Of a stretch of 34,519 nucleotides of DNA, positions 16,732-24,414 are shown piece by piece. The notes under the pieces were generated by a model. The model saw nothing but the letters and a program-made list of their open reading frames with translations, was not told the DNA's origin and did no database searches. The stretch is from Spirochaetales bacterium. GTDB lineage: Bacteria > Spirochaetota > Spirochaetia > JABEVK01. The DNA is taken from positions 1 to 34,519 of the forward strand of contig JBAXAI010000038.1 in NCBI GenBank assembly GCA_037142615.1. Direction: 5' to 3'. Each line of letters opens with the position of its first letter. Position 1 is the stretch's first letter. A program made the position numbers and the translations under genes.

Positions 16732-16870
16732 GGGAAAAACCTTTTGCGCACAATGCGCGGGTTGAATCTCCGAACCATACGGCCCGGTACTTCGTGGGTA
16801 AGTCCACGCCCTCAACCCTGATTTATGCCGCTCAGGCTACGGCCAACCCGTGATTGACCCCACGGCGGGA
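16732..16870 (-). ncRNA. structured leader of the major capsid mRNA (pseudoknot plus three-way junction)
   Basis: Hand-folded helices: CCGTG/CACGG; GCCG/CGGC with loop CCTGA pairing to TCAGG; GGGTTGA/TCAACCC enclosing two hairpins; GCGCA/TGCGC next to the SD. Confidence 0.5.
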
Positions 16871-16871
16871 A

Positions 16872-16943
16872 TTGCAGGGGCGGGAATTGAACCCGCGATG
16901 ACCGGCTTATGAGACCGGCGCCTTGCCACTTGGCTACCCTACG
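16872..16943 (-). tRNA. tRNA-Met(CAT), initiator-like, no encoded CCA
   Basis: Cloverleaf: CGTAGGG/CCCTGCA acceptor with C1:A72 mismatch; D arm GCC..TGG..GGC; anticodon arm CCGGT-CTCATAA-GCCGG; T arm GCGGG-TTCAATT-CCCGC; discriminator A. Confidence 0.9.
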
Positions 16944-16994
16944 TCCCCAAGGTAAACCCCCGTGGATTGATTTTCTCAAAACGCTTTTGGGCAC

Positions 16995-17022
16995 AAAAAA
17001 GGACCCCCTTGCGAGGGCCTTT
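16995..17022 (-). terminator. intrinsic terminator after the scaffold gene
   Basis: AAAGGCCCTC-GCAA-GGGGGTCC-TTTTTT on the minus strand. Confidence 0.8.
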
Positions 17023-17038
17023 CAGTGGCGTTTCAGTA

Positions 17039-17677
17039 TCAGGACGCTTTGGACTTGCCGAAAATCTTGTCCAGCTGGCTGTTGGCCTGTTCCATCGCGG
17101 TGCCGCCTTGGTTCTTCACCTTGCCAGCAAGCCCGGCGGGCACCGTCTCACCCGCAGCCGCTTCCTTCTTGAACTCGGGGAAGTCCACCAACACGGCCTT
17201 GACCTTGTCGGCCACGGTGTCGCCTTCGTAGCCGCCCGCAAGCGCGAGCTTGACCACCTTGGCGGCTTTGTCGGGGTCGACGCCCATTCGGACGGCGGCT
17301 ACCTCGGCCCGCGCCTCCTCGGCCTCACGCTTGGCCATAGCGGTCTCGCTGTCCTTGGCCTTGAGCACCTCGGCGGCTTTCTCGGCTTCCGACTTGCGGC
17401 TGTCCTGGAACTCCTTCAGGGCCTTGAGGTCGTCTTTGAGCTTGCCCGTCGACTCAACCCCGGCCTCCTTGAGGATCTTGGCCACGGCGGCGGCTTCCTT
17501 CCCCTTGACGATCTCGTTCACCTGCGCGTCGGTGTACTTCGCCACGTCGGCGGCGGCATCAGCGGCGGCTTTGTCGGCAGCGGCCTTCGCGGCGTCGGCT
17601 TCTCCACCAGCGCCCCCGGCTCCGCCCGCTCCGGCACCGTCGTCCGCAGCCATGTTGAAAAATCCCTGTGTCTTCAT
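17039..17677 (-). CDS. capsid scaffolding protein
   Basis: Ala/Lys/Glu-rich coiled coil with KYTDAQVNEIV, SRKSEAEK and DFPEF motifs; precedes the capsid gene. Confidence 0.85.
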   Translation of the reverse strand: MKTQGFFNMAADDGAGAGGAGGAGGEADAAKAAADKAAADAAADVAKYTDAQVNEIVKGKEAAAVAKILKEAGVESTGKLKDDLKALKEFQDSRKSEAEKAAEVLKAKDSETAMAKREAEEARAEVAAVRMGVDPDKAAKVVKLALAGGYEGDTVADKVKAVLVDFPEFKKEAAAGETVPAGLAGKVKNQGGTAMEQANSQLDKIFGKSKAS

Positions 17678-17797
17678 TGCTCCCCTCCCTTGGGTTTCGT
17701 TCGCTTGACAATCTTGGCCCGTGGGCCGATACTTAATTCAACGCTGGTTCGCGCGGCCCTGACTTCCTTTTTGTCAGGTGCCCAACACGATTCGGCG

Positions 17798-19300
17798 TTA
17801 TTTTTTTGTCCACTGAATGATTTCATAGAGTAGCAAGCCGATCCTTGCATTGTTAAACACGATCACCTGATAGGTTTCTTTCCCCAACTCAATTTTGTAG
17901 CGTTGAACCTCGGTCAATTCTGGACGGTTATGCTTGTCCGGCACCGAGTCTTCAAAGGTCATCTTGCCGATGGTCTCAGCCAGGTTTGCAGCCAGGTATC
18001 GTTTTCCGGGAGTGCCATCGAACGCGACTAGATGATTGGCTCCGATTCTCCTAAGTTGAATCTGATTCTGAGTTTCTTCGTTGCGAAAGGTACTTCCTTT
18101 TTGGGCCATCACAGCATTCCGAAAGGCGACACCTTGAGCGGGAATTTCCGATGGTTCAGGTTCGGCGATAAATCCACTTCGTTTCGAGTCTTGTTTCGTC
18201 GGTGCGTCCAACACCTGCTCCCGGGCGTTCCTTCGCGTCCTGCCCGTATCGGCAATGAAGTCCCGCATGGTCTTCTGGCGGTCGCGCACCGTCTGGCGAG
18301 CAAGGTCGGCGTTTTTGGCGTCGCCCTTGGCTTCCCACACGCTGACGGCCCGCTTCGCCGCCCGGATGTGGCGCTCAAGGTAGCGCTGTTTCTGACTCTC
18401 GAGGTAGGCCCGCTCGTTCTCGGCCACCTGTTCGGGGGTGTCGTCGGGCGCGTACCGCTGGCGGGAAACGCCTTCCCAAAACGGGTACTGGTTGTGGCCG
18501 CAGTTGATCCCGAAAAGCCCAGCCGGTTGGCCGTAGCTGGTTTCTGACAGCTTCGGGTAACCCTCGGTCTGCCCCGACACGCTGAACACGCGGCCCTGAT
18601 ACGGGGCGCACAGCGGGCGGGCCCCGGCATGGGCCGAAACCTCAATCAGGTCATTGCCGTACTGCCTGCCGCGCTCCATTTGCACCGCCGTGGTGACGTT
18701 GCGCACATTGGAGCGGATGACCATGTTGGCGTAGGCCTCTGTGGTCCACTGCCTGCCCGCGCGGTCGACGATGGACGGAACGCCGCTTTCGCTCCACTCG
18801 CGTACGGCGGTCACCAGTGCCTCACGGCCCGACATTGCCCCCGAAAGCACCTGCATCGTTGTCCGGTTGAGGGTTTCGACGTAGACCTGCCCGGTGTTCT
18901 CCAGCAGCGTCGCCATGGCCAGATTCGTTTGGATGATGGCCTGCTTCTGCCACACCTCGATAAGGTTGCGGATGGCCGGGTCAGCGTCTGCCGGCAGAAC
19001 GTCGGTCAGGGTTGCCCCCGCATCCTTGGCCCGCTGGAAAAGCGCGTCCGACTGCAAAAGCGTGTCAAAGGCGGCTTTCTCCACCTCGGTCAGCACTCCT
19101 TCGTGAATCGCGTCCCGGTAGCTCCGAATGATGGCTACAGCCTGTTCGTTGAGAGCCCCGAGCTTCGCCAGGCTGTTGATTTTCCAGTCAGCCGACTCCA
19201 CGTCGCCTTGCCCCAGAAGCCGCGCGATGCTGTGGAGGATCTCGCTTTCGGCTTCGTACAGGAGGTCAGCAGGGGATGGAACCGGCGGGCGGGGAGTCAC
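17798..19300 (-). CDS. minor capsid protein (MuF/phage minor capsid 2 family) with C-terminal extension
   Basis: GTG 19300 is coupled to the upstream TGA. DRAGRQW..EAY, VSAHAGARPLCAPYQGRVFS, GLFGINCGH and QRYLERHIR motifs, then an extra ~135 aa. Confidence 0.85.
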   Translation of the reverse strand: MTPRPPVPSPADLLYEAESEILHSIARLLGQGDVESADWKINSLAKLGALNEQAVAIIRSYRDAIHEGVLTEVEKAAFDTLLQSDALFQRAKDAGATLTDVLPADADPAIRNLIEVWQKQAIIQTNLAMATLLENTGQVYVETLNRTTMQVLSGAMSGREALVTAVREWSESGVPSIVDRAGRQWTTEAYANMVIRSNVRNVTTAVQMERGRQYGNDLIEVSAHAGARPLCAPYQGRVFSVSGQTEGYPKLSETSYGQPAGLFGINCGHNQYPFWEGVSRQRYAPDDTPEQVAENERAYLESQKQRYLERHIRAAKRAVSVWEAKGDAKNADLARQTVRDRQKTMRDFIADTGRTRRNAREQVLDAPTKQDSKRSGFIAEPEPSEIPAQGVAFRNAVMAQKGSTFRNEETQNQIQLRRIGANHLVAFDGTPGKRYLAANLAETIGKMTFEDSVPDKHNRPELTEVQRYKIELGKETYQVIVFNNARIGLLLYEIIQWTKK

Positions 19301-19686
19301 GCCTTGACGGCCTGCTTCTTGGCGAGGTTGGCTCGGGAGCGGATGACGAACCCGGGGTAGAGGAACGGGGAGCGGATGACGTGCCACGCTTTCACCCAGA
19401 GCTTGGCCCGGGGGTAGAACGCCAGCAGGTCGCGAACAAACCACTTGAACGCCAGCGGACGAGCGCGAAGCAGTCCCTGGCTTTCAAAGAATCGGCGCTT
19501 ACCACGCTCACTCTGGCTGTTGAACAAGTCTTCCCCAAGGTGGTAGAGCGATTGGTTGTTCAGCTTAGCCAGCGCGGCCGGCTCAAGGCGTTTCACATGG
19601 AAATGCTCGGTCAGCTGGTAGTACTTCGATAGGAACGCCGCCCTGTCCCGTTCGGCCTTTGGCCCTTTTTCGTGAATGATCATCAT
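19297..19686 (-). CDS. hypothetical basic protein between portal and minor capsid genes
   Basis: ATG 19686 overlaps the portal TGA and its own TGA overlaps the next GTG; 129 aa, Arg/Lys/aromatic-rich. Confidence 0.65.
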   Translation of the reverse strand: MMIIHEKGPKAERDRAAFLSKYYQLTEHFHVKRLEPAALAKLNNQSLYHLGEDLFNSQSERGKRRFFESQGLLRARPLAFKWFVRDLLAFYPRAKLWVKAWHVIRSPFLYPGFVIRSRANLAKKQAVKA

Positions 19687-21122
19687 GCCCCCGTTCCAAA
19701 AAGTGACGCCGAAGTGACTGCAGCGTTTTCGTCTTTGATCTTTGCGGCCATGGCCTCGGCCCCGGCGTCGTCCAGCCCGTGGATGGCTTTGAGCGCGCTG
19801 ACCTTGTCGGTGAGTTTGGCAGTCACCAGAGAGGTCCAATACGCGGCCTTGGCGTCCCGGCTCTCGATCACTGAATCATTCCAGGCAATGAGCGGATCGG
19901 TGACCGTTGCCCCGGGAATGCCGTACAGCGTGCCCAGCGCGTTGATCACACGGAAGACGTGCTTGAGACCCACGTCGAGCGCCTCACGGTAGGCCTGCAT
20001 GGTTTTGTAGGTCTTGCTGTTGTCACTCACCACCTCGGTGGCGGTCTTCACGCTCGTGCCGTCAAAGCTGAAGTAACCTGCGCTGAACCCAGTCTGGACG
20101 CTCAGGATGTCCAAGAGCGTCTGGATTCCCTGGCGGTACTGTTCCACCCGCAGCTGGCCCGACAGGTCGACCGGCTTGAGCTTGTCGGCGTCGTCGCCCT
20201 CAAGACGGATGTACGCTTCGTCGGTGGGGTCAAAGCCCTTCTTGCGCTTGCCGTCTTCGGGGTCGATGTACGAGCGCATGACTACGCCGGGCAGCGCGAT
20301 ACGCTGGCGGCCAAGAAGGATCTCAGTCTTGAGGCCGTCAAAGGCGATGTCGAGCGCCTGCAAGGTGTCCATGGCATTGGCGAACAGCGAAACACCCAGT
20401 GGGCTCTCGGGTTCGATGTTGTTGGCCTCGGGGTTGCGGATGTAGGCGAACAGCGGTTCGGTCGTCGGGACGAATACGGACGCCACCAGCTCCTCGTCAA
20501 AGTCCGAAAGCGGAACCTCAAGTCCGGTACCGTCGTCAAACACCCGGTTGGTGATGAGGTATCCTTCGCGGGTTCCCTCAACCTCGGTGCCCTTGCGGTG
20601 CGTCTCCACCCTAAGCAGGGTTTTCTTGCCCACCACGCGGCGATCGATGAAGGCCCCTTCGTACACGTGGGAGTTGTCCCAGGCCAGCGGCATGAAGGTC
20701 TGAGCCTTGATGAAGTCCAGTCCTATCTCTGGCTCAAGTCCACCCTCGAGAGTGACCCGGATCACCTGCCCGCCGAGCGCGCCCTGGTACTCCAGAGCCT
20801 TGGTAAGATTATCCCAGAAGCGCTCTTTGAGGATGACCTGATCGACCAACGGCCCGGCGGTAACTTCGGGGATCTCGGCCAGCACCAGCCCAGCCATTTC
20901 GGCACACGCGATCTTGGCAGCGTTGATCGTGAAGCGCTTTCGGGTGCGCTTGCGTCCGTCTGCCGTGACGTACTGGTAGTCCAGCCATGCGGCCTTGGAA
21001 CGGTAGACGCTCCACCACTCCAGCAGGTTTAGGTCGCCGTTCATAACCTCGGGCTGAGCGGTGGGGATGCCGAAAAGGCGGGCAAACAAGGCGACGACCT
21101 TGGCCCAAAGGGAGTTGTTCAT
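19683..21122 (-). CDS. portal protein (A118/SPP1 type)
   Basis: SPLGVSLFANA...LDIAFD...TGFSAGYFSFD..KTATEVVS.NSKTY...WNDSVI motifs; follows the terminase. Confidence 0.9.
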   Translation of the reverse strand: MNNSLWAKVVALFARLFGIPTAQPEVMNGDLNLLEWWSVYRSKAAWLDYQYVTADGRKRTRKRFTINAAKIACAEMAGLVLAEIPEVTAGPLVDQVILKERFWDNLTKALEYQGALGGQVIRVTLEGGLEPEIGLDFIKAQTFMPLAWDNSHVYEGAFIDRRVVGKKTLLRVETHRKGTEVEGTREGYLITNRVFDDGTGLEVPLSDFDEELVASVFVPTTEPLFAYIRNPEANNIEPESPLGVSLFANAMDTLQALDIAFDGLKTEILLGRQRIALPGVVMRSYIDPEDGKRKKGFDPTDEAYIRLEGDDADKLKPVDLSGQLRVEQYRQGIQTLLDILSVQTGFSAGYFSFDGTSVKTATEVVSDNSKTYKTMQAYREALDVGLKHVFRVINALGTLYGIPGATVTDPLIAWNDSVIESRDAKAAYWTSLVTAKLTDKVSALKAIHGLDDAGAEAMAAKIKDENAAVTSASLFGTGA

Positions 21123-22378
21123 ATCATGTTCTCCAGGAGGATTGATGCGTCACGCTCCACGGCGTACTCGGTTGCGTCCAGGCTGTCGATGTTGGTTGTG
21201 CCGTCGTCAAGGCGCTGGTCTTTCGATGCGGCCTTCTCATCCCATACCGCGTTCTCAAAGGCTTCAATGGTCTTGCGGCACCGGCGCATGACGTGCGCGC
21301 GGCCCTGACTGAAAAGCACGTCAAAGAGCCGGATGCGGTCGATCACGGGGCGCTTGAGTGCGTTGCTCATATGGACCGGCAGCCCAAGGCCGTTGATGCT
21401 CTTGATGATCAGCTGTTCAGCCGAGTCGCCAAAGGAGCGGTCAACCGTCCATCGCTCACGGCAACGGGTAACGAAGGTGGTCCAGTTGCGCAACACCGCC
21501 TCGACGGATCGGTTTTCCTTGTCGTACCACTCATCGAGCACGACGATGCAGGTCTTGCGCTCGTGGAGATACCAACCTACGGCAGCGAAGGCAGTCGCCG
21601 AGGCGCTTCCCCCAAAGTCGGCCGCAAGTGTCACCCGGTAGATTCCCTTGGGATCTTCGTCGAGCACGTTTCCGGGTTGGCCCGGGTCGTTGGCCACGAA
21701 GCTGGTGTAGATACCGCCCTCTGCACGAACGCGCAAGCCAAGCACGTAGCGCTTGTAGAACACCCCGGTGAACTGCGCTGCAATCTCGGCTTTGCGCTCA
21801 TCGGTCAGGCTCGGGTTATCGTCGAGGGTGAAGTGCCAGTAGTGGTATCCCGGGGTTTTCTCGCGCTGGTAGCGGTCAATGTAGGCCTCGTAAATCCAGT
21901 GATTCGGGGCCATGGGATTGAGAGTCCAAATGTTCTGCCGGTCCCGACTGGCAAAGGACCGGGAAAGGGCCGTTTCGATGAACTCGCGGTCCTGAAGATT
22001 GACTTCGTCGGCGTACCAACCGCCAACGGACATACCCCGGATCTTCTTGAAACTGGCGGCGTTGTCGGCCCCGCAATAGAAGATTTTCTTTCGTCCGAGA
22101 GTGAGGAACTTTGACCCGTCGGTGTCGGTGCGCGGCTTGGCCTTGCCACCCGTGATGGCAATGAACCCGAAGTCGCCCTGGATGCAGTTGCGGGAAATTG
22201 AGCCCAGCGTGTTGCCGCTCATGAGAAAGACGTTCTCGGGCGAGTTGATGATGTAGCGGTACCACTTCACCAGACTGGTGACGGTCTTCATCGATCGAAC
22301 GGAACCCTCGTAGACGGTCATGAACCCCGGTTCCACGATTGACTGCCGGGCGCGTTCGCCAAGGGGAAGCGCGGTCAA
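21119..22378 (-). CDS. terL: terminase large subunit (PBSX-like)
   Basis: Walker A-like GSVRSMKT, Walker B WYADE, TLNP coupling motif, HFTLDDNP, nuclease ADFG...DSA...DSLDATEY. Confidence 0.92.
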   Translation of the reverse strand: MTALPLGERARQSIVEPGFMTVYEGSVRSMKTVTSLVKWYRYIINSPENVFLMSGNTLGSISRNCIQGDFGFIAITGGKAKPRTDTDGSKFLTLGRKKIFYCGADNAASFKKIRGMSVGGWYADEVNLQDREFIETALSRSFASRDRQNIWTLNPMAPNHWIYEAYIDRYQREKTPGYHYWHFTLDDNPSLTDERKAEIAAQFTGVFYKRYVLGLRVRAEGGIYTSFVANDPGQPGNVLDEDPKGIYRVTLAADFGGSASATAFAAVGWYLHERKTCIVVLDEWYDKENRSVEAVLRNWTTFVTRCRERWTVDRSFGDSAEQLIIKSINGLGLPVHMSNALKRPVIDRIRLFDVLFSQGRAHVMRRCRKTIEAFENAVWDEKAASKDQRLDDGTTNIDSLDATEYAVERDASILLENMI

Positions 22379-22746
22379 GGTGTCCCGCCAAGCAGCTGCT
22401 CGAGCAAGCCTTTGTCGCCGTCGAGCATGGTGTCGTCGTCAAGATCAGCCTTGCCAGGAATCCAGTCTTTGCGGAATCGGGCCATCATGTTCAGGTTCCA
22501 AAGGCGCTCGTTGAACTCGCGGTCCCGGAGAGCTTCACGGCCAACCTTCTCCCAATGCGCCTGACAGAGAACCCGTGCGCGCGAGTAGGACTTGGAAAAT
22601 GCTGGTTTCGCTTTGATCCATGCGAAGAAGGTTGACTGGTCGATGTCCCAATGTGCGCAGACCTCGACAACCGACGCGCCATTGCTCATCAGTGCGGGAA
22701 GATCGTCGGCAAACTCTTTTTTATACTTCGTCGGGCGGCCCGGCAC
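22375..22746 (-). CDS. terS: terminase small subunit
   Basis: GRPTKY N-terminus, HTH and W..K.P.F motif; coupled to terL. Confidence 0.85.
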   Translation of the reverse strand: MPGRPTKYKKEFADDLPALMSNGASVVEVCAHWDIDQSTFFAWIKAKPAFSKSYSRARVLCQAHWEKVGREALRDREFNERLWNLNMMARFRKDWIPGKADLDDDTMLDGDKGLLEQLLGGTP

Positions 22747-22899
22747 TCAGATGCCCCTTGTTTCGATGAGCTGGATGAGGTCGTCGCGCATCACGCTGCG
22801 GTCTCCAAAGTCCCCGAAGGCGGGAAGGATGGCTTCGACCTCTTCCAGGGTTACGCTGAGAATGTGCGCGGCCTCGCTGGTTTCGAGTACGGGGCTCAT
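22747..22899 (-). CDS. small excisionase-like HTH protein
   Basis: MSPVLETSEAAHILSVT... (50 aa), ATGA-coupled to the upstream gene. The same frame is open back to an ATG at 23097. Confidence 0.5.
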   Translation of the reverse strand: MSPVLETSEAAHILSVTLEEVEAILPAFGDFGDRSVMRDDLIQLIETRGI

Positions 22900-23069
22900 G
22901 CGGCCAAGAGCCTCGGCAAGTTCAGCCAGATCCGAATATGCGTCCCAACCCTCAGGGCGGCGAGCCGTGACATACGGATGAGGTAATACACGCGCTGGTC
23001 GTTCACTGGCTTGCCGGTGATGAGTGTGAGGGCCTTCGCGGCCTCGGTTACGGTCAGAAGTCTCGGCAT
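22896..23069 (-). CDS. small excisionase-like HTH protein
   Basis: GGAGG SD; MPRLLTVTEAAKAL...VYYLIRMSRLAALRVGTHIRI is an Xis/HTH_17-type pattern. Confidence 0.65.
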   Translation of the reverse strand: MPRLLTVTEAAKALTLITGKPVNDQRVYYLIRMSRLAALRVGTHIRIWLNLPRLLAA

Positions 23070-23125
23070 TGTCCCCCTCCCAGAGTTCAAGCTGCATCTT
23101 TCCCCCGTGTTTTTCTCAAATTGCG

Positions 23126-23470
23126 TTAGCTGCGAAGCGAATCCAGCCGCTTGAGTGCATACTCGGTGGCCGCCTGCACGGCCGCGGCCCGGATCATGGC
23201 AGCGTGTGACGGCCCCCACTTGCGGAACGGTGCGAAGCCGCCGCCAGCGGTATTGGTGCCGTACCGAACCCCCCACAGCCATACCCCTCCCTCGATGGCG
23301 CGCAGGCTGACATGGTAGCGTCCAGCCTTCGTCTTAACCTCCGGCAGTCGCTCCACGTCGAAGCGGCGGTCGTCGTCTTCGGACTTCCCCCCGATGCCAT
23401 GACCGAACCAATCGGGAAACGTCTCGCAGCAGTAGGATGCAGAAGCGAAGAGGTCGAGCTGGGCGGTCAT
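23126..23470 (-). CDS. hypothetical protein with N-terminal QLDLF motif
   Basis: GGAGG SD and ATGA coupling. Confidence 0.6.
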   Translation of the reverse strand: MTAQLDLFASASYCCETFPDWFGHGIGGKSEDDDRRFDVERLPEVKTKAGRYHVSLRAIEGGVWLWGVRYGTNTAGGGFAPFRKWGPSHAAMIRAAAVQAATEYALKRLDSLRS

Positions 23471-23709
23471 CGTCGCCTCCAGACGTTCACGCCATCAGTC
23501 CAGCCAACCACCACCCCGGGAGAGGCAACGGGGGCAGGGTCAATCGTAACAACGCCTTTGGAGTAGTTGACCATCGGCACCTCGGCGGCTGGGGTTCCAA
23601 TCATTCCAATGAGCTTGTCAAAAGATGCGTACTCGCCATTGGTGTATCTGCCCGTTGATAACTCTTGTGATTCGGCCCACTTCTCAAACTCTTCCCTGCA
23701 CTTATCCAT
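23467..23709 (-). CDS. hypothetical protein (MDKCREEFEKW-type)
   Basis: AAGGAG SD; the REEFEKW N-terminus is common in phage accessory ORFs. Confidence 0.6.
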   Translation of the reverse strand: MDKCREEFEKWAESQELSTGRYTNGEYASFDKLIGMIGTPAAEVPMVNYSKGVVTIDPAPVASPGVVVGWTDGVNVWRRR

Positions 23710-23890
23710 GGTTAACTCCTTTGAGTCGGTCGGTCAGCAGGGCGTTGTCAACGGTTGCCCTCATGCCAACACAAACAGGACAAGTAACATCGTCCCAAAA
23801 CCGAGTCGCCTGATACGGCTCAATTTTGCAAAGGGCCAGCTCTCCCAAACCCTCGGCGTAGTGCCATTTCAAGTCATTCATGTCACTCAT
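23702..23890 (-). CDS. hypothetical protein, possible Zn-binding (H...C...CxxC)
   Basis: Coupled at both ends; WH...LC...VTCPVC. Confidence 0.55.
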   Translation of the reverse strand: MSDMNDLKWHYAEGLGELALCKIEPYQATRFWDDVTCPVCVGMRATVDNALLTDRLKGVNHG

Positions 23891-24414
23891 ACCCCACCTC
23901 GGCCCTTGGTCAGGAGGGCGTGGAAATGCCTGACGATTATCCCAGTTATTTCAGGGTGATAGACAAGTTCCCGCAATGCGTCGATGCCTTCAATTGATCC
24001 GTGCCCATATTTCTTGAGTTCAGCGATCAGCCCTGTTTTCAGCTCATCCAACGTAGGAACCGGCGAGGCAACGGGGGCGGGGAGTTGGAGGGCGTGGTTG
24101 CCATCAATCAGGGCGTACAGTTTCTCGGCAAGTTCATGGGACCCAAGCATGGAAAGAGCGTTTGCATTGACGAAGGCATACCATCGCTCAACATCCCTAC
24201 TCACCACCTCCGACGACCCCACCACCTCGGGCTGTCGGGCTTCCTCAAGTTCTTTTTTTAGGCGCTCAACCTCGTTCCAGACGGTTGACAGGCCAAACTC
24301 GAAACCATCCTTAGCGCAAGATTTGCGTGAGTTTATCGTTTCTATGTCAGAGTCGAAACGAATCCACTGGTTGTCCCACCAGTCTTCAAATTGCTTTTTC
24401 TGAATGTAAATCAT
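23887..24414 (-). CDS. hypothetical protein
   Basis: 175 aa, GAGG SD, FEDWW motif, mosaic appearance. Confidence 0.6.
   Translation of the reverse strand: MIYIQKKQFEDWWDNQWIRFDSDIETINSRKSCAKDGFEFGLSTVWNEVERLKKELEEARQPEVVGSSEVVSRDVERWYAFVNANALSMLGSHELAEKLYALIDGNHALQLPAPVASPVPTLDELKTGLIAELKKYGHGSIEGIDALRELVYHPEITGIIVRHFHALLTKGRGGV

Noticed and set aside
16732-16870. Self-cleaving ribozyme (hammerhead/pistol/twister) in the capsid leader
   Set aside because: I could not find the conserved catalytic cores (e.g. CUGANGA...GAAA) by eye, so it is kept only as a generic structured leader.
22280-22310. Terminase Walker A reads GSVRSMKT rather than GxxxxGKT, suggesting inactivation
   Set aside because: PBSX-type terminases tolerate variation at this position, the change is not a single-base lesion from a Gly codon, and the other motifs are intact.
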